The notes under the pieces are model-generated. The model saw only the letters and a program-made list of their open reading frames with translations. It made no database searches and was not told the DNA's origin. 40,266 bases of DNA. Source: a virus. Its lineage: Duplodnaviria; Caudoviricetes. The stretch spans positions 1 to 40,266 of the IMG/VR virus record IMGVR_UViG_3300032225_000732. One strand, 5' to 3'. The translations under genes and the position numbers were made by a program. Below, piece after piece: positions 9,201 to 18,115 of this stretch (the stretch's first letter is position 1; the number at the start of each line of letters is the position of its first letter).

Positions 9201-9471
9201 GGTTTTGGGTACCATAGCGTGTATAGACTTGGACATTTTGAAAGTTATAATCGCTAGCTTGCGCAATATACGGATTTGCACCTGCTCGCAGAATTGGCGT
9301 ATCGTCAAGAAAAATATCTTTGAGTTTGGCAATATTATATTCGTTGGAGTCTCGTGTAAAATCTTTTGCGCTTGGAAAACCTTCAATTTCACCTTCACAC
9401 AGTAGATCAATAATTTCAGAATATTGAACTGAATCAAGATCATCTGGAGCTCTAAATGGTGTATAGCTCAT
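6259..9471 (-). CDS. Central tail tip / host-specificity protein (lambda gpJ-like)
   Basis: IIDLLCEGEIEG, WTTDPAWCLWDLLT..RYG, EPRFACN, FnIII-like region; M-L-K-I-J synteny. Confidence 0.9.
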   Translation of the reverse strand: MSYTPFRAPDDLDSVQYSEIIDLLCEGEIEGFPSAKDFTRDSNEYNIAKLKDIFLDDTPILRAGANPYIAQASDYNFQNVQVYTRYGTQNQEAIPLSGTIQSEYSVGVIINPDTPITRTINSVGINAIRLTLSTPQMQEFLDNGDIVGVLIDFAVEVSYNGGAFVRVITDSFNGRTTDLYQREIRFALTGSLPVDVRVIRLTPDFASTLKNGELVWTSYTEIKYSRLRYPNSVLAGIRVDATQFGNIPSRKYRIRGLKVAIPSNATVNPVNGAISYGGTWNGTFAQAQWTTDPAWCLWDLLTSKRYGTGNHIDAGILDKWSFFAASQYAGTIVSDGKGGGEPRFACNVNIQTQDEAYNVINQMASIFRAMPFWSAGSISISQDRPADPTYLFNTSNVSPAGFSYAGSALKTRATVAVVKYFDINGTRDAAFEVVEDQKAISNYGIIKTELDAFACTSRSQARRVGEWLLYTAQNESETCSFTTGIDAGSLVRPGQIIQVADPVRSGERTGGRIIRATPTTITADDVSSISFSGSSSTISVVLPNGTIESRAISSRNNAVFTVTSAFSDTPQSGSIWIYQDSSIETQLFRVLSVVEQDETSYVVTALSYNPSKYNYVERDIPLTTRDISNLNEAPLTPTNLTAKELLYENSGQVLSKIILSWQSNLRSVSYKIRYRIGSNNWVIAESVSPDFEILNTGIGRYNFEISAVSVTLKTSVPALLTFNAIGKTAPPATIPNLFIAPIDDKSAELYWPQAQDIDVRIGGQIRIRHCPLIDGTATWGQSNDIVPAIPGNATRKIVPLLEGIYFIRAVDSLGNESAGTASVIARLPSPQDTYLAQEYREEDNSPPFNGTSTSMAYSSGENGLILTGSPISSGSYQFNETLDLGAVYDIDLRNILKTRSYQPGNLWDSRVEDIDYWTDIDGAVFGQANCSMYVRTTNTNPSSSPTWSSWQPFVNSTTRGRGFQFGLTVTTSNQNENVAVQELGVVVQLQRRTETQSSLTSGTSSYTVTFPTAFYTVPSITITPRDMAHTEDFALTSISRTGFTITFKQGGSTISKVFDYQAVGHGRQIT

Positions 9472-10163
9472 GCTGTTACCTTTTCAGTGCTAATACCACT
9501 AGATATCACAATACTACCCACTATGACCTCACCGTAGACAACGGGCACGGGTACACCCTGTCGGCTTACATTCTGAACTCCACTAAAACTATACGAACGG
9601 CGTGGATCTGTTTCACCATCCTGGCTTACTACATTGTTCCCTCCACCTCCACCTCCACCTCCACTTGAAAAACCTAGATTTAATTTTGGCGTGGGAGTTA
9701 TTAGTTGCGCAACGCCTCCAAGAACAAGTGATGCCCCAATTGCACCAATGGCTCCTGCAGCAACTCCACCAATAATTCCTGCACCGGCGCCGCTAGCAGC
9801 CAACCCTGCACCTAAACCCAGGAATCCCCCTACTGCTGGACCAAGCACAATTGCTGCAGCGATCAAGCCAATTCCAATTAGGATCTTACTAACTCCACCG
9901 CCAGCACCAGCAATCACTGGAATAATGCTGATCACCTCACGCTGTCCCGTGGGCAAGTGTAGTTCACCTGGGTCCTTGCCCAGTTGTAATGCCCGGCTAC
10001 CTACACGCACTTCGTAGTATTGGTCGGCCATGTGCTTTTCCACCTGGGGGAAATTAGCCAGTAGAAAACGCACTGCTTCGGCTGCGTTTGCAACCTGCGC
10101 TCGAAACACCTTCCGTTTCAAGAACCGAGCTAATGCGCCATAAACACGGATCGTGCGCAACAT
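9468..10163 (-). CDS. Tail assembly protein (lambda gpI-like)
   Basis: IRVYGALARF, IIPVIAGAGG, SYSFSG..QGVPVPVVYGE. Confidence 0.88.
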   Translation of the reverse strand: MLRTIRVYGALARFLKRKVFRAQVANAAEAVRFLLANFPQVEKHMADQYYEVRVGSRALQLGKDPGELHLPTGQREVISIIPVIAGAGGGVSKILIGIGLIAAAIVLGPAVGGFLGLGAGLAASGAGAGIIGGVAAGAIGAIGASLVLGGVAQLITPTPKLNLGFSSGGGGGGGGNNVVSQDGETDPRRSYSFSGVQNVSRQGVPVPVVYGEVIVGSIVISSGISTEKVTA

Positions 10164-10164
10164 T

Positions 10165-10872
10165 TCAGTCCATCCTGCTGCTATGGCGCAGAAAACGCCC
10201 GGTCGCCTTTAAATAATACCCCCCGTAGACGTCTCGGCTACTAAGACGTTCGGTTGCGTGGTGCAGGATTTGCTGATCACCGAGATACACAGCGCAGTGA
10301 TTTAACTTTGATGTCCCTAGAGCCATAAGGATTGCGTCGCCATACTCCAAGTCATCAAAACCGATCTCGATGAATCCGGTTGCCTTCCAGCTGGAATCGA
10401 ATAGAGGATTCTGCGTAAAATCCATCAATCTCGCTGGTCTTGGCCAGTCACGTAGTTCGAGCTGCCATTCCTCGGCGTACCAATCGCGAACGAGAGTCCA
10501 GCAGTCAGTAACGCCCCAAACCCATTCGCGGCCAATCAGTGGGGCTTTATAACCGCTTGGTTTGATCTCGTTCCAGATATCGACGTGGGGACTGTAGATG
10601 TGCCAAGGGACGCCAGTGCGCTCGCAAGCAACAAGGTCAGCTTGGCTGGCTTGCGGGCTAGTAACCGGATGGCTGTGGACTACGCCAACAATCTCTCCAG
10701 CATCTTCTGCTGCAGCCCAGTCCGTAGGATCAAGGATAAAAAAATCTTGATCTGTTGCCAAGTTTTTACAAGGCCAGTAGCGCTCTCGGCCTTTGATGAC
10801 CACCACCAAACCACATGCCTCGCGACTAAGGTCAGCCGATAGATGCTCAACAGCCTTTATACGCCAGTTCAT
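10165..10872 (-). CDS. Tail tip assembly protein (lambda gpK-like; JAB + NlpC/P60)
   Basis: EACG..VHSHP..SQAD (JAB); GVTDCWTLVRD..NHCAVYLG..ILHH (NlpC/P60). Confidence 0.9.
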   Translation of the reverse strand: MNWRIKAVEHLSADLSREACGLVVVIKGRERYWPCKNLATDQDFFILDPTDWAAAEDAGEIVGVVHSHPVTSPQASQADLVACERTGVPWHIYSPHVDIWNEIKPSGYKAPLIGREWVWGVTDCWTLVRDWYAEEWQLELRDWPRPARLMDFTQNPLFDSSWKATGFIEIGFDDLEYGDAILMALGTSKLNHCAVYLGDQQILHHATERLSSRDVYGGYYLKATGRFLRHSSRMD

Positions 10873-13748
10873 ACGTACTGCTGGCCAACACCAGGGAAAG
10901 ATCCGAATGGTAAATCTACATTAGTACCAAACCGTGCTTCACAACTGCTCAACCGTTTGCCACATACATCGAAAAAATCACTTGGGGCATTTGTCGGGAT
11001 CTTGGGCTCTACATTGCTGTAGTATCCGGCATTCCAAATTGCAATATTATTAACGTCGTATTGCACAAGGTTTCCATCGTCTTGCAGGCTAAGAATTCCA
11101 GCTGAACTATTAACGCCATTGATGCGATACTCGCGGCCAACAGTGCTGATTGTCCCCAATGGGTGGGTGCGGAATGGGTTACCTGCTGATGTAGTTAGTG
11201 AAACATTAACAAATTCGTCTAAATACCATTTTCCAGTGCTTGTAACATAGATTTCGCTGTTAAATGTCCATGACCTAGCCTGGCCGCTGTAGTGACCCGC
11301 TGGCAATGTGTAGTTTGCGGTAGCGTTAAATGTTAATCTAATCGTGCGTGTGCCCAGCGTAAAAGTGCGCGATACTGTTCTAGTTTGTCCAGCTTGCGTG
11401 ACAGCACTACCAAAAATTTCATACAGGAAAGCGTGTTGTCTGTTATCCCCTGTTTGCGCTGGGACCTGTGGCTCTGCAGCACTTGAGTAACCACTCGTAA
11501 ATGTTGTAGAGCCTTGAGTGGTAACGGTAAGTGTTCCAGAATCGCTGATTGCAAGTGTTGAAACAGGAAACACAGCTGTGCCAGGTTCCGCTGACCTTCC
11601 AGTTGCTGTGCTCCACAATCGTGTTTCAGCGTATGTTATAACTGATGGCTCTACGCTACTTGCCGTATTAGTCCGCCATAGCGCTGTATTATCAGTAGCA
11701 TATAATACAAGATCGCCAGTATTTTCTAATTTCCAGCGGTACCCACGCCACTGGGAATAAAGCTGCCTATTGCTCCACCAAACCGCATTATTACTGGTGT
11801 TGTATAAAACCAAATTGCCATCAGCTTGAAAATAAGCATAATGAGCATCTGTGTATGCAGTTCCGCTACTCCATACAGGTGTATTGTAATTTTGCTCTGC
11901 TGTGCCTCCTGTACCTTTTCTATAAAGAACCAAATTGCCATCAGTTTGCATTGTTAGGCGGTACCAGCCATTGGCTGAATACAGTGTTTGCTCTTTATAG
12001 AGCTTGCTGCTTTCAGTGTTTGTTGCGAGTATTTGTCCGGTACCAGTTGGGAAATTGGGTGCGGGTGATGTTACTGTTGTTGAGGCATTATTTGTGCCGT
12101 TGATTACAAGATTGCCATCATTCAACAGAGAAAGTTGTTTGCCTGTCCATTGTGGATAGGATCCTTTATTGCTTTGCCATACTGGAGCATTGGCAGCAGT
12201 GTATAGCACCAGGTTTCCATCACTCTGGAATTGTGCGTAGGTAGCATTGAGGCCACCAGTGCCAGAATTCCAGATAGCTATGTTGTAATTTTGATCGGCC
12301 GGACCGCTGAAAATTGTGCCTTTGCTATAAAGCACTAAATTTCCATCGGACTGAAGAGTCAGTCGATACCAGCCGTTGGGTGAGTAGAGATTCTGACCAA
12401 TTGTTAATCTGCTGCTACTTGAGTCTCCAGCAGTAAGAAAACCTGGGCTGGTTGGAAAATTGGTCGTTGGTGTAAAACTTGTGGGTTGCAAATACGAGCC
12501 AGCATTCCAAATAGCCTGGCCATCTGAATACCTGTAAAGTACCAGATTACCATCCTGCTGAAAAATGGCCTTGCAGGCTTCAGCTGTATCAGTAAACCAT
12601 ATCGGTTTGTTTGCTTTGTTGTAAACAACGAGTTTTCCGTCCCGTTGCATCAACAACCGGTACCATCCATTTGCAGACGTTAGGTATTCTCCTGGCCATA
12701 ACTCACGGGTACGAGGAGCCGCATCCGACTGTACTGAACTTGTGCTCGCTTCAAAATTCTGCGCTGCAACAAGCTGCAAATTGTCCGCATCGCCTTGTGG
12801 ATAAACCTCAGGAGTAAGATTGACAAATGTAAGATTTGAAATTGACGCTACGTTTGGCGTATTTGAATTCCACGTGGCTTTATTTGTGCCATCATATAAA
12901 ACAAGGTTGCCATCTGTCTGATACTTAAATGTTGATACCCCCGCATTACCAGTTAGCGTACTCCAGACAGCTTTGCTGGCTTTGTTATAAATGACAAAAT
13001 TGCCATCCTCCTGCATTAAAGCGATATACCAGCGGTTCGGTGAGGTCAAAAATTGATTGGGGCCGATTATGGTGCCAGCTGTGATGTTGCTTGTTCCAAC
13101 TGCGTAGTTGGGAGCGGTTACAAAGTTTGCGGCTACGTCGTTCTCATCAAAGGCGGCAGTACCCGTGTATCCACATTCAGGGCCACGATATTTCCACTGG
13201 CAGATGCTGCTGATACATTGACGACCTGGTAGCCTGACATTAACCAAATCAATAGCTGTGGCTAACTCAAATTCAATGTAGTCACGATTTTCAGCTACTT
13301 TACGATCTACTGCATAGATTTCCCGTGGTGCTTCGGCTGTCTCATCTGGATTACCAAACGGGTTTTTATTCTCTGGAAAATTAACAGCATCTAGGTACCT
13401 TGCACAGGTGCGAATCCTGATGACCTTGGCACCCATTAAGTCATTGCCTGGTGTTATACCATTGACATTAAGAAGTACCGATGTGACAAAGCTAAATAGA
13501 TTGGCAACTCGTAACATGGGACGTGGCAATTGAGTACCGTTGTACTCAAAACCAGAAACTTCAATCGGAAAACGTTGATACCTATTTCCTGCCCAAACAA
13601 TATCGCCATTGGCTTGGCGCATATTAGTACCAGAGTGAAACCGGTAAATCTCGTTGCTGCCATGTAACTCAATTCTTGTGTGCAGCTCAAAAAGTTCAAT
13701 AATGGCTGAAGGTGCCAGTGACTGAAGTTCTGAAATAATAGACGTCAT
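10869..13748 (-). CDS. Minor tail protein gpL-like with four inserted bulb-type (GNA) lectin domains
   Basis: gpL N-terminus (IIELFEL..PIEVSGFE..PRP..CQWKYRGPECGY) and C-terminus (DVCGKRLSSC..RFG..LPFGSFPG); 12 QxDxNxVxY-like motifs between them. Confidence 0.88.
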   Translation of the reverse strand: MTSIISELQSLAPSAIIELFELHTRIELHGSNEIYRFHSGTNMRQANGDIVWAGNRYQRFPIEVSGFEYNGTQLPRPMLRVANLFSFVTSVLLNVNGITPGNDLMGAKVIRIRTCARYLDAVNFPENKNPFGNPDETAEAPREIYAVDRKVAENRDYIEFELATAIDLVNVRLPGRQCISSICQWKYRGPECGYTGTAAFDENDVAANFVTAPNYAVGTSNITAGTIIGPNQFLTSPNRWYIALMQEDGNFVIYNKASKAVWSTLTGNAGVSTFKYQTDGNLVLYDGTNKATWNSNTPNVASISNLTFVNLTPEVYPQGDADNLQLVAAQNFEASTSSVQSDAAPRTRELWPGEYLTSANGWYRLLMQRDGKLVVYNKANKPIWFTDTAEACKAIFQQDGNLVLYRYSDGQAIWNAGSYLQPTSFTPTTNFPTSPGFLTAGDSSSSRLTIGQNLYSPNGWYRLTLQSDGNLVLYSKGTIFSGPADQNYNIAIWNSGTGGLNATYAQFQSDGNLVLYTAANAPVWQSNKGSYPQWTGKQLSLLNDGNLVINGTNNASTTVTSPAPNFPTGTGQILATNTESSKLYKEQTLYSANGWYRLTMQTDGNLVLYRKGTGGTAEQNYNTPVWSSGTAYTDAHYAYFQADGNLVLYNTSNNAVWWSNRQLYSQWRGYRWKLENTGDLVLYATDNTALWRTNTASSVEPSVITYAETRLWSTATGRSAEPGTAVFPVSTLAISDSGTLTVTTQGSTTFTSGYSSAAEPQVPAQTGDNRQHAFLYEIFGSAVTQAGQTRTVSRTFTLGTRTIRLTFNATANYTLPAGHYSGQARSWTFNSEIYVTSTGKWYLDEFVNVSLTTSAGNPFRTHPLGTISTVGREYRINGVNSSAGILSLQDDGNLVQYDVNNIAIWNAGYYSNVEPKIPTNAPSDFFDVCGKRLSSCEARFGTNVDLPFGSFPGVGQQYV

Positions 13749-14086
13749 AGATCAACTACCTCACGAAATGTTGCCGTAATTGACCATGCTCCAGGTGCAA
13801 CTGCAGATAAATCCCAATCCTGACAAATAAATGAACCAACTACACCGTTAGGCGTAAGCCAGTTGAAATTTTCTGACCCACCACGGGCATCAAGAAATCC
13901 GGTAATTTGATCTTTGACTACAGTGGTCACATTATCAAATGAAACACTCCATGATTTTAAGTCCGTGTTTAATCCGTAACGGATCCGTTGTTCGTATCCA
14001 TCGCCAAACTGCATACCTCGCACAGTTGGCTTACTGGTTTCCTGTGCTCCGTAGCTTGGAACCCATATAAAAGTTGTGCCAGCCAT
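13745..14086 (-). CDS. Distal tail protein (lambda gpM-like)
   Basis: FGDGYEQRI..GLN, FLDARGGSENFNW, ITATFREV. Confidence 0.9.
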   Translation of the reverse strand: MAGTTFIWVPSYGAQETSKPTVRGMQFGDGYEQRIRYGLNTDLKSWSVSFDNVTTVVKDQITGFLDARGGSENFNWLTPNGVVGSFICQDWDLSAVAPGAWSITATFREVVDL

Positions 14087-16284
14087 CAGCTTAACAATCC
14101 ACCTGGGCGTTTTTGCTTAATCAATTCTGCCTGAACAGCAGTGGAGATTGCAAGTCCCAATTGCCTGCTTTGTGCTTGATCACCTTGCACGCTAGAGCCG
14201 CTGGCATCTACGTTAACAGTAACACTGGTGCTGCCGCCGCCAAGGGCGTTGTTTGGCACGATGCTGCCGCCATGCTTAGGCGTGAACAGCTCGGGGCCAC
14301 GTTCGCCGACCATGTAAGACGATCCAGCGCTGACTGGGCCGCCTATGGCGCGTTTGCCAAGGCCACCAGTTAAGAAACTGAAAAAGCCAACTCCGTCATT
14401 GCCTGCCAGGCTGGTCAGAAGTTTCATGATGCCACTTGTAATTAACTGTCTGGCAATATCTTTTAGCACTTGAGCTGCTGATTCACCAAGACTTTTGGTC
14501 CCTTCAACTGCGCCAGTTATTGCATTTATCACTCCTCCTGTAATTGTTGTACCAATTTGATTGTAGATAGCATACAGTTGATCTGCCTGTTTTAGTTGCT
14601 CTTGTAATTTTTCGTTTTTGGCTACAATTGCTTCAACCTCTTTCTGTTGCAACGTGGGATTGTCCCGCATGATTTGCTGAATAAGCAAGCGTTTTTGATA
14701 TTCTTGTTCCGTGCCAGCAAGTTTAGCTTTCAGCAATTCCCCTTCTTGAATGTGCGGGCGTATTGCGGCTTCAGCCTGCTTGGCTATTTGTACTTGATTC
14801 AAGATCAATTGTTGCTGCGTGTCCCTCTGCGCAATTACGACATCTTGCAGCAATGTTTGCTTTTTGGACTGCAACTCTTGTGGTTTTAGCTTTTCGTATT
14901 CAAGTTTTGAAATTTCCGCACTAATTTGTGCCAGTTTTTTCTGACCTTCTAAACGGATGGCAGTCTGCTTGTCGTTTACTAAGTTAGCTTCAAATATTCT
15001 GTTGTCTATGCCGTAAATTTGTTGTTTCAAATCGCGTTGAATCGCAAGGTCACCAAGTGAATTTTTGAGGCGCAATGCCTCTTCTGCTGCTTTTTCGGCT
15101 GCTCTTTCAGCATCGGATTTGCCTTTCTTTTTCTTGCCGCCGCCAGTTTCGCCAAGCAATGCAGGCACGGCAGATGGCTTAAATACATTTGACTGAGCTT
15201 TGTTAAGTTGCTGCTGTGCTGCTAAATTTTGCTGGATTTTCTGTTGGATAACTCCCTGTAGCTGAACGGCGCGGCTAGCATTTGGATCCTCTGCGCCAAT
15301 CCGTTGTAGGACTGTCTGATAATTTGCCAAATACTGTAAATTTTGCTGGATGCCAGCTTTGTTCCTCTGACTGCTGACTTGACCGATACCTTTGGCAATT
15401 CGGTCTACACCTTCAGAGGTTGCTCCAAGATTGATTGCTCCAGTAGCACCAGCAAGATTTCGTGCAAATCCACCGCCACGGCCTGCTGCTAATGCGGCAT
15501 TGATCGCATCAACTACTTGAATAGCTTGGGCAAAAATTGCTTTTAATGCAGGTGTCAGTACAACACCAATTGTTCTAGCAAGCTGCTCTACTCCATCGGT
15601 TAATGTGCTGAATTTTCCTTGAAGTGTGTCACTCTGGGCAATTGCACCATTTGCATATTTGCCACCAGCATCTGTCAATCGCTTAACTGCAACTTCAACA
15701 GCTTCTGCGCTAATGCGACCTTTGCTGAGCGCTTTCTGGAATTCCTCACCAGTCAGACCATACATCTTGCGCAATTCATCCTGTAGCGCAACACCACGCT
15801 CTTGGAATTGCAATAATTCTTCGCCTTGCAAACGGCCTTTTGCCTGCACTTGGCCATAAGCCGTGGCTAGACCTTGAAGCTCTGCACCAGTGGCACCAGC
15901 TACATCAGCAAGCCGTCTAGTGGTTTCAACAACTTTGTCGCCTTCAACTCCAAAAGCGTTAAGACGCTTGGCTGTGTCGATTAGCTCTGTACTGGTAAAT
16001 GGCGTGACTGCGCCAAGCTGCTGGAGCTCTTGAATGATCGATTTGGCCTGCTGGACGCTACCAGTCAGAACCTGAAGACTTCTTGTCTGTGTCTCAAGCT
16101 CTGCTGTTTTAGCAAAAACAAACTTTAATGCTGAAACAACAGTAAACGCACCAACTAAACCAGTTACAGCATTTTTAACTCCATCAACTGCGCTTGCAGT
16201 TGCCTTTGATGCTGCACTGACCTGATTCAGGTTTCGTACAGCACCCTGACTATTGACTTGAATATCGACTGAAGCTACTGCCAC
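14086..16284 (-). CDS. Tape measure protein
   Basis: TPFTSTEL, AYGQVQAKGRLQGEELLQFQERG domain; helical middle; C-terminal RAIGGPV..VGERGPELF. Confidence 0.92.
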   Translation of the reverse strand: MAVASVDIQVNSQGAVRNLNQVSAASKATASAVDGVKNAVTGLVGAFTVVSALKFVFAKTAELETQTRSLQVLTGSVQQAKSIIQELQQLGAVTPFTSTELIDTAKRLNAFGVEGDKVVETTRRLADVAGATGAELQGLATAYGQVQAKGRLQGEELLQFQERGVALQDELRKMYGLTGEEFQKALSKGRISAEAVEVAVKRLTDAGGKYANGAIAQSDTLQGKFSTLTDGVEQLARTIGVVLTPALKAIFAQAIQVVDAINAALAAGRGGGFARNLAGATGAINLGATSEGVDRIAKGIGQVSSQRNKAGIQQNLQYLANYQTVLQRIGAEDPNASRAVQLQGVIQQKIQQNLAAQQQLNKAQSNVFKPSAVPALLGETGGGKKKKGKSDAERAAEKAAEEALRLKNSLGDLAIQRDLKQQIYGIDNRIFEANLVNDKQTAIRLEGQKKLAQISAEISKLEYEKLKPQELQSKKQTLLQDVVIAQRDTQQQLILNQVQIAKQAEAAIRPHIQEGELLKAKLAGTEQEYQKRLLIQQIMRDNPTLQQKEVEAIVAKNEKLQEQLKQADQLYAIYNQIGTTITGGVINAITGAVEGTKSLGESAAQVLKDIARQLITSGIMKLLTSLAGNDGVGFFSFLTGGLGKRAIGGPVSAGSSYMVGERGPELFTPKHGGSIVPNNALGGGSTSVTVNVDASGSSVQGDQAQSRQLGLAISTAVQAELIKQKRPGGLLS

Positions 16285-16310
16285 GGATCGGCCACTGCTA
16301 TTGCGTAAGT

Positions 16311-16493
16311 CTACCTGCTACGCTGCTTGGCTTTGTCCATTTCCTCGCGTTCGCGTTTGCCTTTCAGCTCGTAGTACGCGGCAAAGTGGATGAACTCCGC
16401 ATCCGTCAGTTCCTGCCGAAGCCGACTCACCGTCATGCCTAGCTCGGTGGCTAGGAACATTTCAAAGTAAAGCCAGCTATCGGCCTCTAGTCG
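16311..16493 (-). CDS. gpT-like -1 frameshift extension of the tail assembly chaperone (gpGT)
   Basis: After A AAA AAC (16493-16499) the -1 frame reads RLEADSWLYFEMFLATELGMTVSRLRQELTDAEFIHFAAYYELK..SR* with TAG at 16311-16313. Confidence 0.8.
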   Translation of the reverse strand, partial: RLEADSWLYFEMFLATELGMTVSRLRQELTDAEFIHFAAYYELKGKREREEMDKAKQRSR

Positions 16494-16843
16494 TTTTTTG
16501 CTTCTTCCAGCGACTCAGGCGCACCAAGGCCAAAGAGAAACAACTCCAGTTCGTTCAGTACCGACTCGGGCAGTTCGCGTTGCAGCTTGGCAGCATCGGC
16601 GGATGCAAATGCTTTGGTGCCGTTTTCTAGCTCAGCCATGTGGCACAGCATCTGGGTGCTGATGTCCAAGGCTTCCTCGGATCCAGCCAGGCCAGATGCA
16701 CGCTTTCGATCAGCGCGGGTAATTGGTTTGAAGTACAACGACAGCACTACGGTGCCATCTTCCTTCTTGATGTTGAATTGACGCCGCTGGTTTAGGTCAA
16801 AAGCCCCGGTGAGTAGATCAACGGGGCGTGGTGTGGCAGGCAT
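16487..16843 (-). CDS. Tail assembly chaperone (gpG-like)
   Basis: Between tail tube and TMP; ends EEAKND on a slippery heptamer. Confidence 0.8.
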   Translation of the reverse strand: MPATPRPVDLLTGAFDLNQRRQFNIKKEDGTVVLSLYFKPITRADRKRASGLAGSEEALDISTQMLCHMAELENGTKAFASADAAKLQRELPESVLNELELFLFGLGAPESLEEAKND

Positions 16844-17265
16844 TAGATCGAGGTAGTAATGGCACCGTTCATGGTGAAGTTAACCGTCACCATTTCCAGT
16901 TCGCCAACCGTAGCACCGTAATCAGCAGATGTGATCACAATGGCACCGGTAATTTTCTTGCCGCCGGTTTCATCAAGGTACAACTCAACGTTGGCGTTGC
17001 CTTCGTCAGTTGCTACGTTGACATCCCTGAGCAGGTCAAGTTTGTCACCAGCGCTAGGTGCGTCATACATGATTTCCATGCTGCCGCTGCCTGCGATCAG
17101 ACCGCCGATGTTGGCTTTGTAGGTTGCGCCTTGGGCAGTCGTCTCCATGACATCCTTTTCCACGGTCATAGACCAGGAACGCACAGCAGCAATTTCGCTG
17201 AGTGCCGCACCAGAAGCATCCTTATCAAAAAAGATGGTGCCTTGTTCGCCGCGATAGAAAGCCAT
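16843..17265 (-). CDS. Major tail tube protein, paralogue 2
   Basis: RSWSMTVEKDVMETTAQG..IGGLIAGSGS..ITSADY; position in tail module. Confidence 0.8.
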   Translation of the reverse strand: MAFYRGEQGTIFFDKDASGAALSEIAAVRSWSMTVEKDVMETTAQGATYKANIGGLIAGSGSMEIMYDAPSAGDKLDLLRDVNVATDEGNANVELYLDETGGKKITGAIVITSADYGATVGELEMVTVNFTMNGAITTSI

Positions 17266-17267
17266 GA

Positions 17268-17687
17268 TCAGATCGTCGAGGTGGTGATGGTGCCAGTAGT
17301 CACGAAGTTACAGGTGATAACCTCCAACTCGCCAACAGTGGCGCTGTAGTCGGCAGAAGTGATCAAGCCAGCAAAGCTGATCTTCTTGGTGCCGGTGGTG
17401 TCAAGGAACAGCTCGAAGGTTGCCACACCTTGATCGGTTGCGGTGTTAGCAGCCTTGATAAACGTGCTGGTTTCGTCGGCGCTGCTGGCTGTGTACATCA
17501 GCTCAACGCTGCCAGAACCGGCGATCAGTCCACCGATGTTGCTCTTGTAGGTAGCACCCAGGGCGGTGGTTTCCAACACGTCTTTTTCAATGGTCATCGA
17601 CCACGAACGGGTGGATGCAATGGTGGTGTTAGCAGAACCGGCATCGTCAAATTTGACTGAACCTTGTTCGCCGCGATAAAAGGCCAT
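17268..17687 (-). CDS. Major tail tube protein, paralogue 1
   Basis: RSWSMTIEKDVLETTALG..IGGLIAGSGS..ITSADY. Confidence 0.8.
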   Translation of the reverse strand: MAFYRGEQGSVKFDDAGSANTTIASTRSWSMTIEKDVLETTALGATYKSNIGGLIAGSGSVELMYTASSADETSTFIKAANTATDQGVATFELFLDTTGTKKISFAGLITSADYSATVGELEVITCNFVTTGTITTSTI

Positions 17688-17689
17688 GA

Positions 17690-18115
17690 TTAGAGATCCT
17701 CGAAGGTTTCAAAGGTCATTCTGACCTGAGTTTGGAAGTACCCTTCGGGAGACGGCGTGGCCACCACCTCTGGGCCAGTTGGGGGATCAAAGCGAACCCC
17801 GGATACGACAATTCTATTGTAAAGGTCTCGTACTCTTTTGCCGACGGTGAAGTTGGTGCCTGGGCCAACACCTTTAGCGGAAAAGATATTTACAACGATG
17901 ACACCAATGACGCTGTTGCTGGCGCCAGCCGTGCTGCCCATGGTCATGTAGTTGTTAGTGCCGAAACTGACGGTGCATTGCACCCAAGTGCTGCCTGGTA
18001 TGGGCGTGTAGGCCACGTTATGAAACACCACTGGTATAACTGGCGCAGTAGCCAGTTCAGTGGCAAGCCTGCCTTCGACGATGGCGCGTATTGCGTTGAG
18101 ATCTAGTGCAGCCAT
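17690..18115 (-). CDS. Tail terminator protein
   Basis: VVFHN..WVQCTV..GVIVVNIF..GVG; immediately upstream of tail tube. Confidence 0.7.
   Translation of the reverse strand: MAALDLNAIRAIVEGRLATELATAPVIPVVFHNVAYTPIPGSTWVQCTVSFGTNNYMTMGSTAGASNSVIGVIVVNIFSAKGVGPGTNFTVGKRVRDLYNRIVVSGVRFDPPTGPEVVATPSPEGYFQTQVRMTFETFEDL

Noticed and set aside
9639-9663. CCTCCA repeats (poly-Gly) in gpI
   Set aside because: Simple in-frame linker
11004-13115. Lectin repeats as a diversity-generating retroelement target
   Set aside because: No reverse transcriptase and no TR/VR pair with adenine-specific differences seen
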